Source of the DNA: Lepidodermella squamata
Taxonomy: Eukaryota > Animalia > Gastrotricha
DNA: 64,000 bases
Reading direction: 5' to 3'
Assembly (NCBI GenBank): GCA_047495785.1
Contig: JBLDXI010000001.1
Coordinates: 2,790,001-2,854,000, forward strand
Part shown: piece after piece, positions 11,674-25,257 of the stretch
Layout: each line of letters begins with the position of its first letter
Numbering within the stretch: position 1 is the first letter of the stretch
The notes under the pieces: generated by a model
What the model saw: the letters and a program-made list of their open reading frames with translations, nothing else
What the model was told of the DNA's origin: nothing
The model's database searches: none
Made by a program: the position numbers and the translations under genes

Positions 11674-14001
11674 TTTGTATTATTATGTTTTTAAGTTTAA
11701 GAATCGATGTTACTGTGAAAAATAGAAATGGAACAAGTAGTAGTACACTTTTCTCTTGCTAATTGGTGTGGGCTAGTGTGCTCTGAATATTCGCAATAAA
11801 GAAAAAGCTGCTGTTGTAAATACCAAAATAATATATTTTTCGAGCACTATTCTCTCCATGGCGCATGACGAGCATACACTCGCCTATACGTATAAGCTAT
11901 CTAATGCCTAATCCAGCCGGCCCGAAATATACCGCCTTATGGTGTGGAGATGGTACTGCTGTTTCCATCGCCGTAGAAAATACGCTAGCATTTAAGTACT
12001 ACAGCTACCTATATGAAAGATGATTGTTCACTGCGAATAACGCTTGGAATGCACACATGAGTGAAGCAGTATCTTCCTATATAATATTGACGGGCCTGGC
12101 GGGTGTTTTGCAGGGGCAGCGCCTATAATCTTTTGCCGAATGATAGTAATGTGGATAATAACGTGGATCACGCGGATAATAATTATGGCGATGATCGTGA
12201 GGCGGTGGTCTGATTTTTGACGGGATGAAAACAAAACAATGACCTATTCACGTGGGCGGTTATACCACACTTTTGGAATACCGGCTACAGTAGAGACAAT
12301 TAGCCTACTTTTTCATTACAGCTATGTCAAAGTGGGCGGATATTAGCCGTTTCTCAAAATAACAGAGTTTTATCATTGCTAATTAGGATTCCTTGCAATC
12401 AGAACGCGAATTTAGCAGAAAATAGAAAAATTATAATAAAAGTATGAATAATCTCAGCTGAAAGTATACAATGGTAAAAGTCCTATGCGCTTTGAGCGCC
12501 GCTAGGCAATCGGCTGTAAAAATAAAATATTATTCATGCCAATGATGATTTTGAATCTGCGTAAGCTTCGCGCCACCGTAAACTTTTAGTACGAGGGATG
12601 ACGAATTCTTTAATGGTTCGTAAAACGGTCCCTCATACAAGTAGTAGGCTAAGATAGTTTCGCATATGAGACGGTCTTACGCATGTTTTTTTACTCAGTG
12701 CAAGCTTACAGCAGCGGGAATGGAAGTATGCCTATAGGCATATCTAGAGCAAGAACTAACGTCTTCTCTCTACTGCTGTCATAATGGATCCTCGCTAGTA
12801 TTATCACAATGGGTTATATAATATACACTTTATTTATGGTTTAACAGCTGCTCGGGATGTTTTGCCCTAACATATAGGTATATAGGTACTGCATCATGCG
12901 AATACCAACCCGACATCACTTATTTCTAGCGCACTGAACACGCGCGTGCGTAAAAAGTGCGTAGGCACAGATCCTTGTATTATTATGTGTAGAAAAAAAA
13001 TGAGGTATAATAAATTGAATAATGCCGCGCGCTATAATATATCATGTTCGCAAAGCGCCCCGCCGACGTCTGGTTATATATATTATATTAAGGTTGGGAA
13101 AATTGGCCGGCCCAGGTATGCAAATATATGGAGCGGTTTATTTTATTGCTGCTTTGCGACAAAAAAACGGCTGTTCGCCGAGCTGTCGCATTCCTATATA
13201 CGTGTATAGGTATATGAAATGAGAAAAAAACAAATAATGATCAGCGGCTATTGATTTTGAGATGACAGAAAGCGATGATAGGCACGATTTTTCTCGAAAA
13301 GTAAACAACAAGGTTCCGCCGTTGGTAAAAACTTGCCGTTGAGCTTTTACTTTGAGTTTTACTATATCAGTCGTAGGTAGAAACATATTCCTGATGTCAA
13401 CTGGTTCCACATGTCCAGCATGAAAGTTTGTGAATCACGAAAGCTTCGGCGACGCATGATCGATATTCGAGGCAAATTGATTGGCGCAGAATTTCGACAA
13501 TTATTATTAGAATTATATTATAGGAATTATTTTTCGTATCGCCTTGTTCCAGTTTCCAATAGGATCAACCTTTGATTTCAGAAAAATCGTTACTTGGAGA
13601 AGAATAATAAATATTTTAGAAGTTCGGATTCGAGCAAAAATGCTTCATCTTGAAGCAGCTTTTTCTAAAAATGAAAAACCGATTTTGAAAACTCGTTAAC
13701 AAGTGTTTATTGATTCCTGAATCCAAAGCTGGTTAATTTTTTTCTCGACTTTCAAGTAGAAGATATTTGCACAAAAATGTAAACTATAGCCGAATAGCAG
13801 CAATAGGCTCTTACATATAAACATGATAATAGGTATATATATTTAGCGTAAATTCTGAGAAGAAAGCTTGTGCGAAATTCGAGTATCTCTTCCAACCATC
13901 TCTTTACAAAGCTGCTCTTAAGCTTGGGCAATATATGGCACTGCACTCCGTGGTACTAGCAAAAAACGCCTCCTTAAAAAAATCGATTTTCTACAGGTTT
14001 T

Positions 14002-14488
14002 TCAGCTGCGCTGGATGGAAACATCTTCCAATTCCTAAAATTTAGAGAATAAAAATATAAAAATATTTTCAATTTGCGGTATTTTCTTACGTTAGAAATC
14101 TGAATCAAGGTACAGCATGGGCAGCACCATGAAGCCATCAAGTCTTTGCAAACGTTGCCCTATAGGATAATTGAAGGTAATATGGCGAGTTTTCTTCGTT
14201 TCTATTGAAATTTACATCGATTCCTCGGAGCTCGCGAACTTTAGCGCGAAGAGATGTCATGAGGATGCACTGGGCAATCGGAACGCAGAAGAGAATGCCG
14301 CAACCGATGCAGCTGCTGCCCATCTTCTCCCACGAGCGCTAAGCAAAAGATCGAAATTCGTCAAAATAATTTTGATATATAGATGAATGCCTTACTCCGA
14401 AAGGAATGCATGGGCACCAGTAGACGCAGCAAAGAGTTTTGCAATTGCTGCAGCAGTTGCAGAGACCGTGCTTCCATTCAGTAGGCAT
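14002..14488 (-). CDS. PLAC8/cornifelin-family Cys-rich small protein, copy 2
   Basis: Exons 14488-14396, 14338-14216, 14159-14091 and 14034-14002: MPTEWKHGLCNCCSNCKTLCCVYWCPCIPFGRSWEKMG...LRAKVRELRGIDGNVCKDLMASWCCPCCTLIQISNELEDVSIQRS. Confidence 0.9.
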
Positions 14489-15635
14489 TTTGGTTGCTGA
14501 GAATCAGGGAAATCTAAATAATCAACCTAAAATTGTCCTGAAATTAGAGCAATCGAAGACATTGCGAATCAGGTAGAAATGATTAAGGAAGAAATTGTAA
14601 TGATAATATTACTATGACAATAATAAACAATAATAATATTTCCAAGTGCTTATTTTTACTTAAAATAATATGTACATGTTGCTATTTGCTGCGGCCGGTG
14701 CCGTGTAGCGTGTCGCCTCAATGGCGGCATCATTATCACTACAGCAAGAAAGCATGGTCACGGTGAAAATGCATTTTTACGTAGGCTGGTGAGTAAGCGC
14801 TTGAACCAAGACACGCATGCGCTCGCTATAAGTAATATATTACATAATAAGAATATAAATAAGAACTCATCGCGTTCAGGTAACAACTACAACCATGTGC
14901 AGTCGTCAAATTTTATTTCATTTTTTTCTCCTCCATCAAAGCTTATTTTCTCATGTATTATATTATACCTTCAAGGTGAAGACTGCGCCATTTATTAGTA
15001 GACACACGCGTGTTGACTCTTAACATTTCTCGGCACACAGTCATAATGCCTGGGTTTTATTTGAGCAAAATACTAGTGCGACACTGGTCACCGGTCGACA
15101 GCTATTTTCACGGGTTTTTTTACGCAGTTGTTAAAACGCACCCGAATAATTGCGGTGCCAGTGCTTTTTTCAACGCTATTTTTTTCAATTCTTCACACTG
15201 CGCCGAAAAAACGCTATACCTACGATGAGATGGAATGATATGTCGCATTATGGCGCGGATAAAATGACAAAATATGCGTAAATCCAATAATGTGACATTC
15301 TTCAGTGGTAAGGTTGGATTAAAAGCTGGCCTATACTTCAAGATATTTTCAAGAAAATTTTGAAAGAACAAAGACTGTGTCTCTCGTTATGATTTGAAGA
15401 TATGTTGGAAATCAAATAATAATGCTGGAAAATGAAGTTTCACCATAGAAACATGAGAAATCTCGTGGAATAAAACTCGAATGATTAGCTATCGATTATA
15501 CCTATAGATTCGCCTCAAATTTCAAGTCAATACTCTACCATAGTAGGCACCAACTTTTCATGGTGAATGGTGCTATATTAGCTTCCTGAAAAAAGAGAAG
15601 TTCATCATGGAACCACTTGAAAGTCCATTTCTATC

Positions 15636-15873
15636 GCGCACGCTGATTTTGGTCAATCGGTCGTTACTATGACTCCGGCTTGAAACATTTTATGGTCGTG
15701 CGATCCATTACATTTTATGCAAAAAGTGTAGTTGACCAAAGTTATAATGGGGTTAACAGCCGTAGTCATTGGAAATCTTGCACCTGGTGTGGCAAGGTCA
15801 TTTTTTTATTATGGTTGGATTGCACGGCCAAAATGTTTCATGCCAGAGTCAACCGATTGACTAATCAGTGCGC
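15636..15873. repeat. Imperfect inverted repeat (arms 15636-15707 and 15816-15873), MITE/foldback-like
   Basis: Left arm gcgcacgctgattttggtcaatcggt...tgactccggcttgaaacattttatggtcgtgcgatcca; reverse complement of the right arm gcgcactgattagtcaatcggttgactctggcatgaaacattttggccgtgcaatcca. Confidence 0.8.
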
Positions 15874-18800
15874 CGCTAAAGTTCAACCATTTTTAGTGGT
15901 TCCACAATGTTGTGAGGCATTTCTTGATGCAGTAGGATCGCATGACATCAATTTTCTTGGTTTATCGTGGATTCCCATATCACCATTTTGTATTGTAAAT
16001 TTTCATCATTTTCATCATCCGGAGATATAGGAGCATGGCAGCAGCCTCAAAAATTAACTGCCGTAGTCGCGATATGTCCAAGTGTTCGATTGACTTTGAG
16101 CTTCAGCAGCAGCTGAGAACCCAGATTCAGATAACCGACGACCAGCGGATTGAAACTATCATTTGCCAAAGAATCAACGTTTTCCTTGAAATAAATGAAA
16201 AATGTATCATCTGCCCCAGTTTACTGTTTACGTCGCTTCCAACTGAAGGCTAATTTCCGGAGATAAGTATGTGTCATCTCAATAAAATCAAGCGTCGAAC
16301 TCGCACTCCAGTGGCCGTCGTAGACACATGGCGCCTGGTCACGAATTTTACTCTTCAAATATAACGTATATAGGTAGGCAAAGCTGGATGAAAAAAAGCC
16401 GAAAGAGTTACTGCGTAAAAATAACTTCCTACTCAAAAATACAAGAACAAGTGGATGGCAAGTGCAAATCCATAGCGGTGTGCAGCAGTTAACCGTCACA
16501 AGTGGCTAATATCGACAGAAAAGCAAAAAGGGGGACATTTTCGTGCGAAAAATACTTTTGCATGCTACTTGCCAATTAGTCTATTTTCAATCTTAGTTAT
16601 ACAAGCGTGTCGCATAATTTTAATATCGTTAGAATATTACATCACGGCTTTGGCAAGCGAAATAGCGCTTTAGTTAACTAAATTCGGGTTCCGTCTCGCT
16701 TGGTGCGCGATTTTTTTGGGGCTCATCGTAAAACGACCGCAATAACGCCTGATTATATTGGCAACGGGCTGCGTATAATTTTTTGCGTGGCGTGTTTATC
16801 GCGTTTGGAATTATTATCAGGCATCATAATTCGAGTCACCAATACCATGCGATGCTATATAGGCCCATATATTATGAAACTAATATACACCAGCGAAAAG
16901 TTGCGGCCATTTTGTCGTACTTGTTATATAGACTGGGAAATGTTTACACAATAAAAAAATACCGAGCTGGTTTTCGTATTACTATAGCTAAACACACGCA
17001 ATATAAGATGACATGGCCCACTGCAGTTCGGCCAGAAACTTTTGCGACCCCAGCTTATATTACACAGCAGCGTTCTAAAAATTAAAATAAATAATAATAT
17101 TATTATTACTTTTATCCGCCATCAGCTTTCAGCCGCTGCGCTCAAAAATCATCGGCCTGCTTCTATATATATTTCTGGGTTTTGGCAGCGGGATTTTTCA
17201 CCACCAGCTCCTCTGTAGTGATGATGTCTCTTAGACGCGGCGTATATCATGTTGACATTTTATTTAGATGCGCGCGCGACACCAGCAGATTGCTGCTGGC
17301 TGCTCCAATAAATATAGAATTTCCGGCGGAAGATGCCGTATTATTGTTTTTATTATACACGAATAATATGATATATGGCAATTATAAATGGGGGGCGATT
17401 CGGTTATAGGGAGTCGCTCCAGGGCGAAGTGATGCTTTTTCACACATCGACATATGCCGTACTTTTCCCCTCATCTCATTTTCATGTTTTTCTATTGTAT
17501 TATATTGCAATTTTTGTTGTATACCACCATGAACACTTTGTGTGTTTATGTACGGGGAAGAAATCAAATGCAGCAAGCAATAGCTTTTGCACTGAAAACG
17601 CTCGTGCCAACTGTCGCGCATCTCGCTCGCTTATCTTTTCGCGGAAGACTATGAACTATATATCGCAAAAAAGTGCGCGCGCGCGCAACATTGTGAGCGA
17701 GAGCGCTCACGTGGGGCACAATATGCTTGTCGTATAATATGTATTGTAGAGCTCGCGCGACAACTCGAGCCTCGAGTCCTTGGAGATGCTAGCCGGCCAA
17801 CAGACGCGGGCGCGGCTCCAGACACGCACACGCAATGAGGCTAATAGTATAACACTATATAAATTCATAATAGCATTATAGGCGAAATTTTATATAATAA
17901 TAGCGCAAAGCATATGTAGAGAAAAAACCGCGAAACAAGGACCGTTTGCAACCATCACTATTATAAAAGCGATTTTCATGTCATATGTGTATTTTCTAAC
18001 CCTTCTTTTATGATTAGTCTATATTGTGGACCGCAGAGAGAAAGAATCAAACGCCTCGTTTTCGTGAGAGTTACGTGCCAAAAATTTCCCTACACACATG
18101 ATAATATAGTAAAACCTAGCTATTCAAATTTTAGGCTGTTGTATTAATTTTCGACTGATAGCTTCCGCGATCGATTGCCTCAAACCATCGTTCCTAATTC
18201 TCAACAAAAACCGGTCAAGTTTCTGCTGCTAATCATATCAAAAAAATGGTAAGTTACCCAAAGTTTACATTTGGTGGTGCTAACCGCAAAATGATGCTTG
18301 GCGTTTATAGGTGTTTAATATAAGGTAGTTTTTTATGAATATTTTGGGCCACAGTTTTCTGGCTATATACACACTGGCGCTATTTGTATCAATCATTATT
18401 CGCAGGGATAGCGATCGGATTGCGGTTTACACACCGCATCTAGCAGTTGCTGATACAGTGATCATTCAAACATAACACAAAAATAATAATAAAAAGATTT
18501 TCTTCCTATTCTGGGCAACTCGCTTAGGTATATCTAAGTGCTGTTAGCTTGGGTAATACTTACATTTTCGGACATATAATATAGCAATAACAAACCCACT
18601 AATAGTAAATGCTTCTAAAAATATTCTCCATCCTTGCGATACATATTCCGCATTTTATTTCGGGCATAAAACTGTGCGGATATGTTCATCGGCGTAAATA
18701 TACGAGTTGCTTACTTATATAGATAGACTCAGGTATTGCCGATATGATTTTACACGCGTCACCTTATTTGTTGCTGTTATCATCATCTGATATCTCAGTT

Positions 18801-18981
18801 TTAAAAACCGCAAATTCTCTTAAAAGCCGGTACATTTCGTGCTCGCTCGACCATCCTTTTGTTTTTGTTACGGACAATTTGATCCGCCTGCGGAATCCGA
18901 AACTTTTACTAATTCGATTGTGTATTGTGTTTAGCTATTCCTTTTATCACGCGCCTCAAGATGATAGCATTTGCTCGATTT

Positions 18982-19003
18982 ATAATAATAATAATAATAA
19001 TAA
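18982..19003. repeat. (AAT)n microsatellite
   Basis: ataataataataataataataa. Confidence 0.9.
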
Positions 19004-22000
19004 TGATTGTTACTCAGAGGCAGCGAAAACACGCCCCCTATTTAAAAATAATCGATAAAATTTAAGATAATTTTATTATTGAAAATCTTAGGTGTAAATA
19101 ACGTAAGACTATTGACTTGGATTGCCTGGATTGTGTATATGTGTAATTCCGTGCGTGATTTTTTTTGCCCAGGCACCGATAAAGCTATAGCACAATTTTG
19201 CATCCTAATAAGCCCTGTTTCTGATAACAAAAAATTTCAAATGGTCGTAGATTTGTTTAGTAAATTTTTTTGCGGCTTTCTTTTGTGTGTATGTGCGCAA
19301 TGATGATGATGATGTCGACGAGGGTAGTAGTTTTTCGCCGCCCGCGTTTTACAACTTTCTACTACAAGTACTTATAGGAGGCGCTCGTACACAATAGCGA
19401 TGAGTTTAAATTTGCCGAAATAATAGATGACACAAAAATAAGATAGAGGCTTTTCTCGCGCGCGTGCGCGTCACATATTACGGGTCTGCTTCTGACAAGC
19501 AGCGCGTATTCGGATATATTGTAATACGATAAAAATGATAGTTGCCGGCTATTTTTCAAAAAGTTAGCGCGCCCTGTCATGACGCATTTCACTCACATAG
19601 ACGGCCCCACATCGAAGAAAGGCGATAGGAATAAAAAATAGATTTTTGCAATATATATAGTCATATACTTTGCTCTTATATAGCCGCTTCTGTTACATAT
19701 ATAAAGCCAATATTTTATTTTTTTTCATTTATCTAGAGCCCGAGCTTCCCCCTTATTAATACTCTGATAATAGCGCCGCCGTTGTTAAGCCACGTTACGG
19801 CCGAAATGTATATATTCGCCAGGGACAAAAGTTGCGGCAAATTTGTTGTTTTATTTTCGTCATTTGAATATCTGGCTCTTTTTCCGTCATTCGAAGCCGA
19901 TAATTTACCAATATAACGGACCTTCTGAAAAATCATAGCAGTAAGGAAACGGCTCCGGTTTCTTAATTTCATGCTTCCGAATTTGGATCACGATGATTGA
20001 CAGTAGAATTATTATTATTGTTAAAGGCATCTTGAGAATTGTCAACGTGACAGCCGCTCGAAAGGCCGGCCATTGTCATACCAATCAGATTTTTCGGCCG
20101 CATTTTTGTTTTGCCTGGCGCTAGGAAAAATAATGCCGCTGTATTATACTATTTTCCTCCTATTTTTTTACGTGCACCAAAACGGCTGCTTTTTTACTAG
20201 TTACCGATGAAAAATACAAGAGTCGCAATTAAAATGATTAATTATTTTCCTTTTAGCGTTAGTTTTTTCCTTACCTTTCATTCCCCTTTAAATCAGGCTC
20301 TTTCTACCGCGTTTTTTTTCATTCTTCATTTATGTTTTAATAGGCGAGGCCTGATAGAAATAATTTATTGAAAACCATGTCATTTGAGCGTTTTTGATCG
20401 GAGGAAAAAAAAATTACGCGCAACCAGCTGGCTATTATGGACCTTATTCATTAGTAATAGCCGTTAAGAGGTTGCCTTTTTTACCTCTCTCTCTCCCTCT
20501 CGCTCGAAAAACTCTTAATTATTACAACCAGCATTTTATAGCAACGCGACTCGCTCCGACTTTTCAACGACGTTTCATAAAAAGGAAATAACGTCTGCCG
20601 ACAGCTTTGCTTTCCGATAATAATCGTTATCGCGTTCTCGATCGTGTAATACAGGAAAAGCGAAAAATTTATTATCGCCAGATGAGTAGAGGTAGACAGC
20701 ACGACTCTAACGACGGCAAACAGGTAAAAAGCTCATTTTTTAATAAGAATTTCACTCAAGATTTTTTTGTCTATAAATTGTGAACAATTTCTCGGGCGCT
20801 ACTTTTGACACTGATGCGTTTTGTACCCAAGCCAGTTAAATAAATTATCGATTATTTTTTTTTGGCTGCACAAATTTGGTGCTAATTTGCGAGTTAAAAA
20901 CTAGAAGGAGCCTTCTCTATTGTATTAAGCGAAAATCGAGCGTGATCATTGTTCTTGCCGTGTATTATTTAAGAATTAATCCCGCCTTGTCGCCTTGATC
21001 GTCGCGCCGCGAAAGCGTTGCCATCGCCCACGAAATGTAAACAAAATTTTTGGCTGATGGCTGACGGCTGAAAAACGCGCACCGAATGATCGACAGGTGT
21101 GTGTGCGTTTTGTTAAAAATGTCGACACGCGGTTAATAATTATTATTGTTGTTGCTGCGGTCGATTCTCGTCGCCCTATATGCACACCAAATTTTACGCT
21201 AATAATATTAACGGTTTTTTTTGCATGGAAGAACAAAATTTTTATAGGGTGACTACAACAAAACTGGCCCGATTATCAGTTTATTGCATGCTGTGTGTAA
21301 AAGCGCGCGTATTATGTGCGAGACAGGGGGAAAAATACGCGCTATACTTGCATTAGGCCGCGGTGGAAAAAGGTAGATATGCTAAATATTGGCGCTGGCG
21401 AATCATCGATTGGCGCGTTTTTGTCGCTCGACGGCCGTTCGATAAAGACACACTGCTGTTGACTGACAAAGCATTGGGCACAGCGGCAGCACGGCGACGG
21501 CTCGATATTACGCGCTATATATATTTTCAAGTATTATATATATTGATAGTAATAATAATAATGATAGCAGTAAAAAATACGCTGGCAATCTATACTTACG
21601 GGGACACCGAAGAATTGACAACGCCAACAGCAGCCGCACACATGCAAAACGCTGGCTGGGCACATGGCACATCCCTGATATAATAAAAATATTGCATTAT
21701 ACCTACCTATATGCCTCTGCGCGAATATATCGCGCCTAAGCGCATGCAGGCGAGGTACACACTGCTGGCAGAAAAAGTCTACCAAAAACGCGAGGAATTT
21801 TTTTTCCTACCTTTTTATGTGCGCGCAATTATTGCACTGAAAATCATAATTATTAGTTTTTATAATGATCAACAGCAGAAAATCGGCGAGGCACGCCGCT
21901 GCGATTGTTTAACAAGCGAAACTGTCCATCATTGTTATATTAGCAAAGACTTTCAATAACTTGATCGACCAGGAGATAAAATCACACTTAATCATAACTG

Positions 22001-22248
22001 TACTGGTGTCATTTATAGGGTGATTTTTTTATATACCCGTGGCACCTGGGCTTAGCGACAAGGCAACCAGCCGGCTATCACTCCCTAGACCTGCTGCTTT
22101 CTATTGAATATAGTAAAATCGTCCAACTTCAATACGTTGTCGACTCTCTTTTTTGCTGCTGGATATTGTCGTTATCGTAATCCAATAAAAATAATCCGTG
22201 TCAAAAGGCTGCCAACAATTTTTAAATAGCTTCAATATCAAATAAGGC

Positions 22249-23261
22249 ATGGTTAGCACCACCACATTCACCGCTGTTAATTTCCGATTATTTCAATTAA
22301 CAATTTTGTTTTCTTCTCCAGGCCGATAAGGTGGAATACGCTGAACCCTCAGAAAACAAGCTCGAAGGTAAGGCGAAATTCTAGGAGTTGGAATATTTTA
22401 AAACCTTTTTTCTTTATTTTTAGAATATCGAGAAGCTTTCTCGTTGTTCGACAAAGGTAAGGATTATTTTCGGCAGTTTTCTGTTACTTCGATTGGGTTC
22501 AAATTCAAGCTGTTGGAGAATTTAAGCTCAAATAGGTTTCGGAAGATTTTAAGCGGAATTTTCGTAAATTTCAAGCTCGCGTCCTCATTTTTCTTTGGAA
22601 CAGATCGTTCTCAGAGCTGCTTTTTATAGAAATTACGATGCTTCAGAGTTTCTGTCCAGTCTATTAAAGGTCCATTAGATCCAGACTTTAGAACAGGAAT
22701 CTATATATATAAAGTTTAGCCACTTTTCACGACTCGGATATTTGAAATTAATTTTTGAAATCAGTTCGAAAGGCTGTTTTTCCATTTATAAATGCGAGTT
22801 CGCTTTTTGTTGTTAATTAGACGGTGATGGAAGGATAACGGCTCAAGAGCTTGGCGTTGTGATGCGCTCGTTAGGTCAAGATCCGACCGACGACGAACTT
22901 CGCGACATGATCCAGGAGGTGGACGACGACGGCAACGGCACGATCGACTTCGACGAATTCGTGAAAATGATGCAAAAGAAGGAGCAGGACCTCACGAAAG
23001 AGGAAGAACTACAACGGGCGTTTGCAATGTTCGACAAGGACGGCAACGGGCTCATAAGTGCAGCTGAACTCAAAGAAGTGATGCACAAGCTCGGTGAGCG
23101 GTTAACAGACGAAGAAATTCGTGATATGATTCACGAGGCCGACATCGACGGTGATGGTGAAGTGAACTTCCAAGGTAGGAAATTTGAAAAATTCCATCCT
23201 ATCGGATTTTTAATGTCGAATTTTTTCCCTAGAATTCTTGCGGATGATGAACGAAAAGTGA
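22249..23261 (+). CDS. Calmodulin-like protein (4 EF-hands), divergent from canonical calmodulin
   Basis: ATG-only first coding exon at 22249-22251 (the classic calmodulin intron position), then 22322-22367, 22424-22456, 22821-23174 and 23233-23261: ...[35 protein letters not shown]...[22 protein letters not shown]. Confidence 0.92.
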
Positions 23262-24718
23262 CAGACGCACAAAACAAATTATACGCAGCGCTTTTTTACT
23301 TCAATGTTCTTTAAAATTAACTAGCGTTATCTTTACAAAAAATTGGCCTTTGAACATTAAACAAGCAATGTCACAATTTTCTTCATACATTCGCTACCGA
23401 AGTCAAGTCACGCCTACAAACATGATTCCTCCATTTTTTCGGAAAAAAAATTACTGAGAAAGACGCAGAACGAAACACTTCTACAGATGCAAAATTGAAT
23501 ATATATTATATATTTACATATATATAATCATCTAATTATAATATATAGTAGCTGCCTATCATCCGTAGTCATTGCATACTATGTTGTTTGAAACTCTCGG
23601 AAATAATGCCGCCTTAAAATTGAAAAATGGAAGGAATTTTTTTCTCAACTCTTACCTCGATATGTCTCTCTCCATTTTATTGCAACAACTCGCAGATATG
23701 GCTGAATCGAAAAAATTTCCCATCGCGATTTTGAAACTATGTGAAAAAACTTGATGACGTGTAGTACCTACAAAAACTTGCTTTCTGACTGTTGTATTAT
23801 AATATTATATTATCATGATAAAAACCTGAGTGCTTCTTAATTGTTCTTATATATAACTTGAAGTCAGCTATCAAGAAAAATCGTCATCAATCAATGTTTC
23901 TTCTTCTATTGTCTTGAAAAAAATTGATCGCTGGTCAATATTTCAAAACACTCCATTTTTTCTAATAGAGGGACAGAGAATTATTCTATAGTAGAGAGCG
24001 AATATTATAATACTAAATAATTATATTTTTGTCATCATAGAAATTTCCATCTCTCTATCTAATCAGCGGGCGGAACTGAAATCTGCTTTCATCTTGTCAT
24101 TTCTGTACAAAATTTTGTTTATTCATTGTTAATTTATAAAAATAAAATTTATTCTTTTGTTTCAAATCTTTCTTCTCTCATTCGGCTAACCAGCTATGAT
24201 CGAGAATATGGGGCTAGTTTAGGCGAGTTAGGCTATATTTCGGAAACATTGCTGACCAATTGTCCACACACCCAAATACACGATGACTTACGTTACCGAG
24301 CGATTTCGCCCGAAAATCGTTGAAAAAACTGCTATTTGAAGAAAACGCTCTCTCGTTGAAATGCACAGTAATACAAAAACTCGCGGCACAACTCACAATT
24401 TTTTCAACGCAATCTTGACTAATAATAATAATCATCGTTTCTCCATTAGTTTCGAGGCGTTCAGTCAGTGTTTTAGACAGACTAATCAAAGTGCCATGGT
24501 CTGGCAACAAAACCTCTGCCTCTCTCACGTGCATTAATCCGCCCGATTATTTCGCCTTGAAAAATTAGCGATTTAAATAATTAGCGTATAAATTGAATTG
24601 TGAAGCGCTGACTTTGTGTCGTCTCTCGTCATTGGAAGCTACTTCTATTCTACCGATCTCCTCAGCAGCTGTGCCGTGCTATGTGAAAACAACGTGTTCG
24701 ATCTTCTTCTTCTTCAAT

Positions 24719-24740
24719 CTCTCTCTCTCTCTCTCTCTCT
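24719..24740. repeat. (CT)n microsatellite
   Basis: ctctctctctctctctctctct. Confidence 0.9.
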
Positions 24741-25257
24741 TGCATGTATAAAATAATATGTTAATATTATATAAAAATTGTATTTTATCTTTCCATCTTA
24801 TTTCTTCTTCTATTCTTGGTGATGATCATGACATGGTGTCGTCGTTTTGCGACAAATGCAAACTTTGAATGTGTATAACGATAATAATAAAAAAACTTGA
24901 AAACAACCACACAAATTCCTGTCGTTGCAAAATGATACGAATTATACATATTTTCTCGTTCGATTCATGTAAACGCGTCTTATATAAACTACGTTATTAT
25001 TGAATAATCAACAAAAAGGGCATGTTTGGTTTAATAAAAACGCGAAAACGAGCAGCGAATGGGACGATCTGCCTCTGTGTTTGTCAAATTTATTTGAAAG
25101 CAATTGTTCACAGATTTTTCAAAGCAAACTTGAATATATTTCAAGACAGATAAAAAGACGTTACGTGAAATTTGCCGGGCAAATCACAGTGTCGATTCTT
25201 AAAGAACTCGAGCAATGACATCACAAATTAAAAGAGAGCAGTTTTTTCTCCAGAAGT

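Noticed and set aside
16035-16253. Coding-looking 72-aa ORF in the non-coding block
   Set aside because: No homology recognised and no supporting neighbouring exons on either strand.
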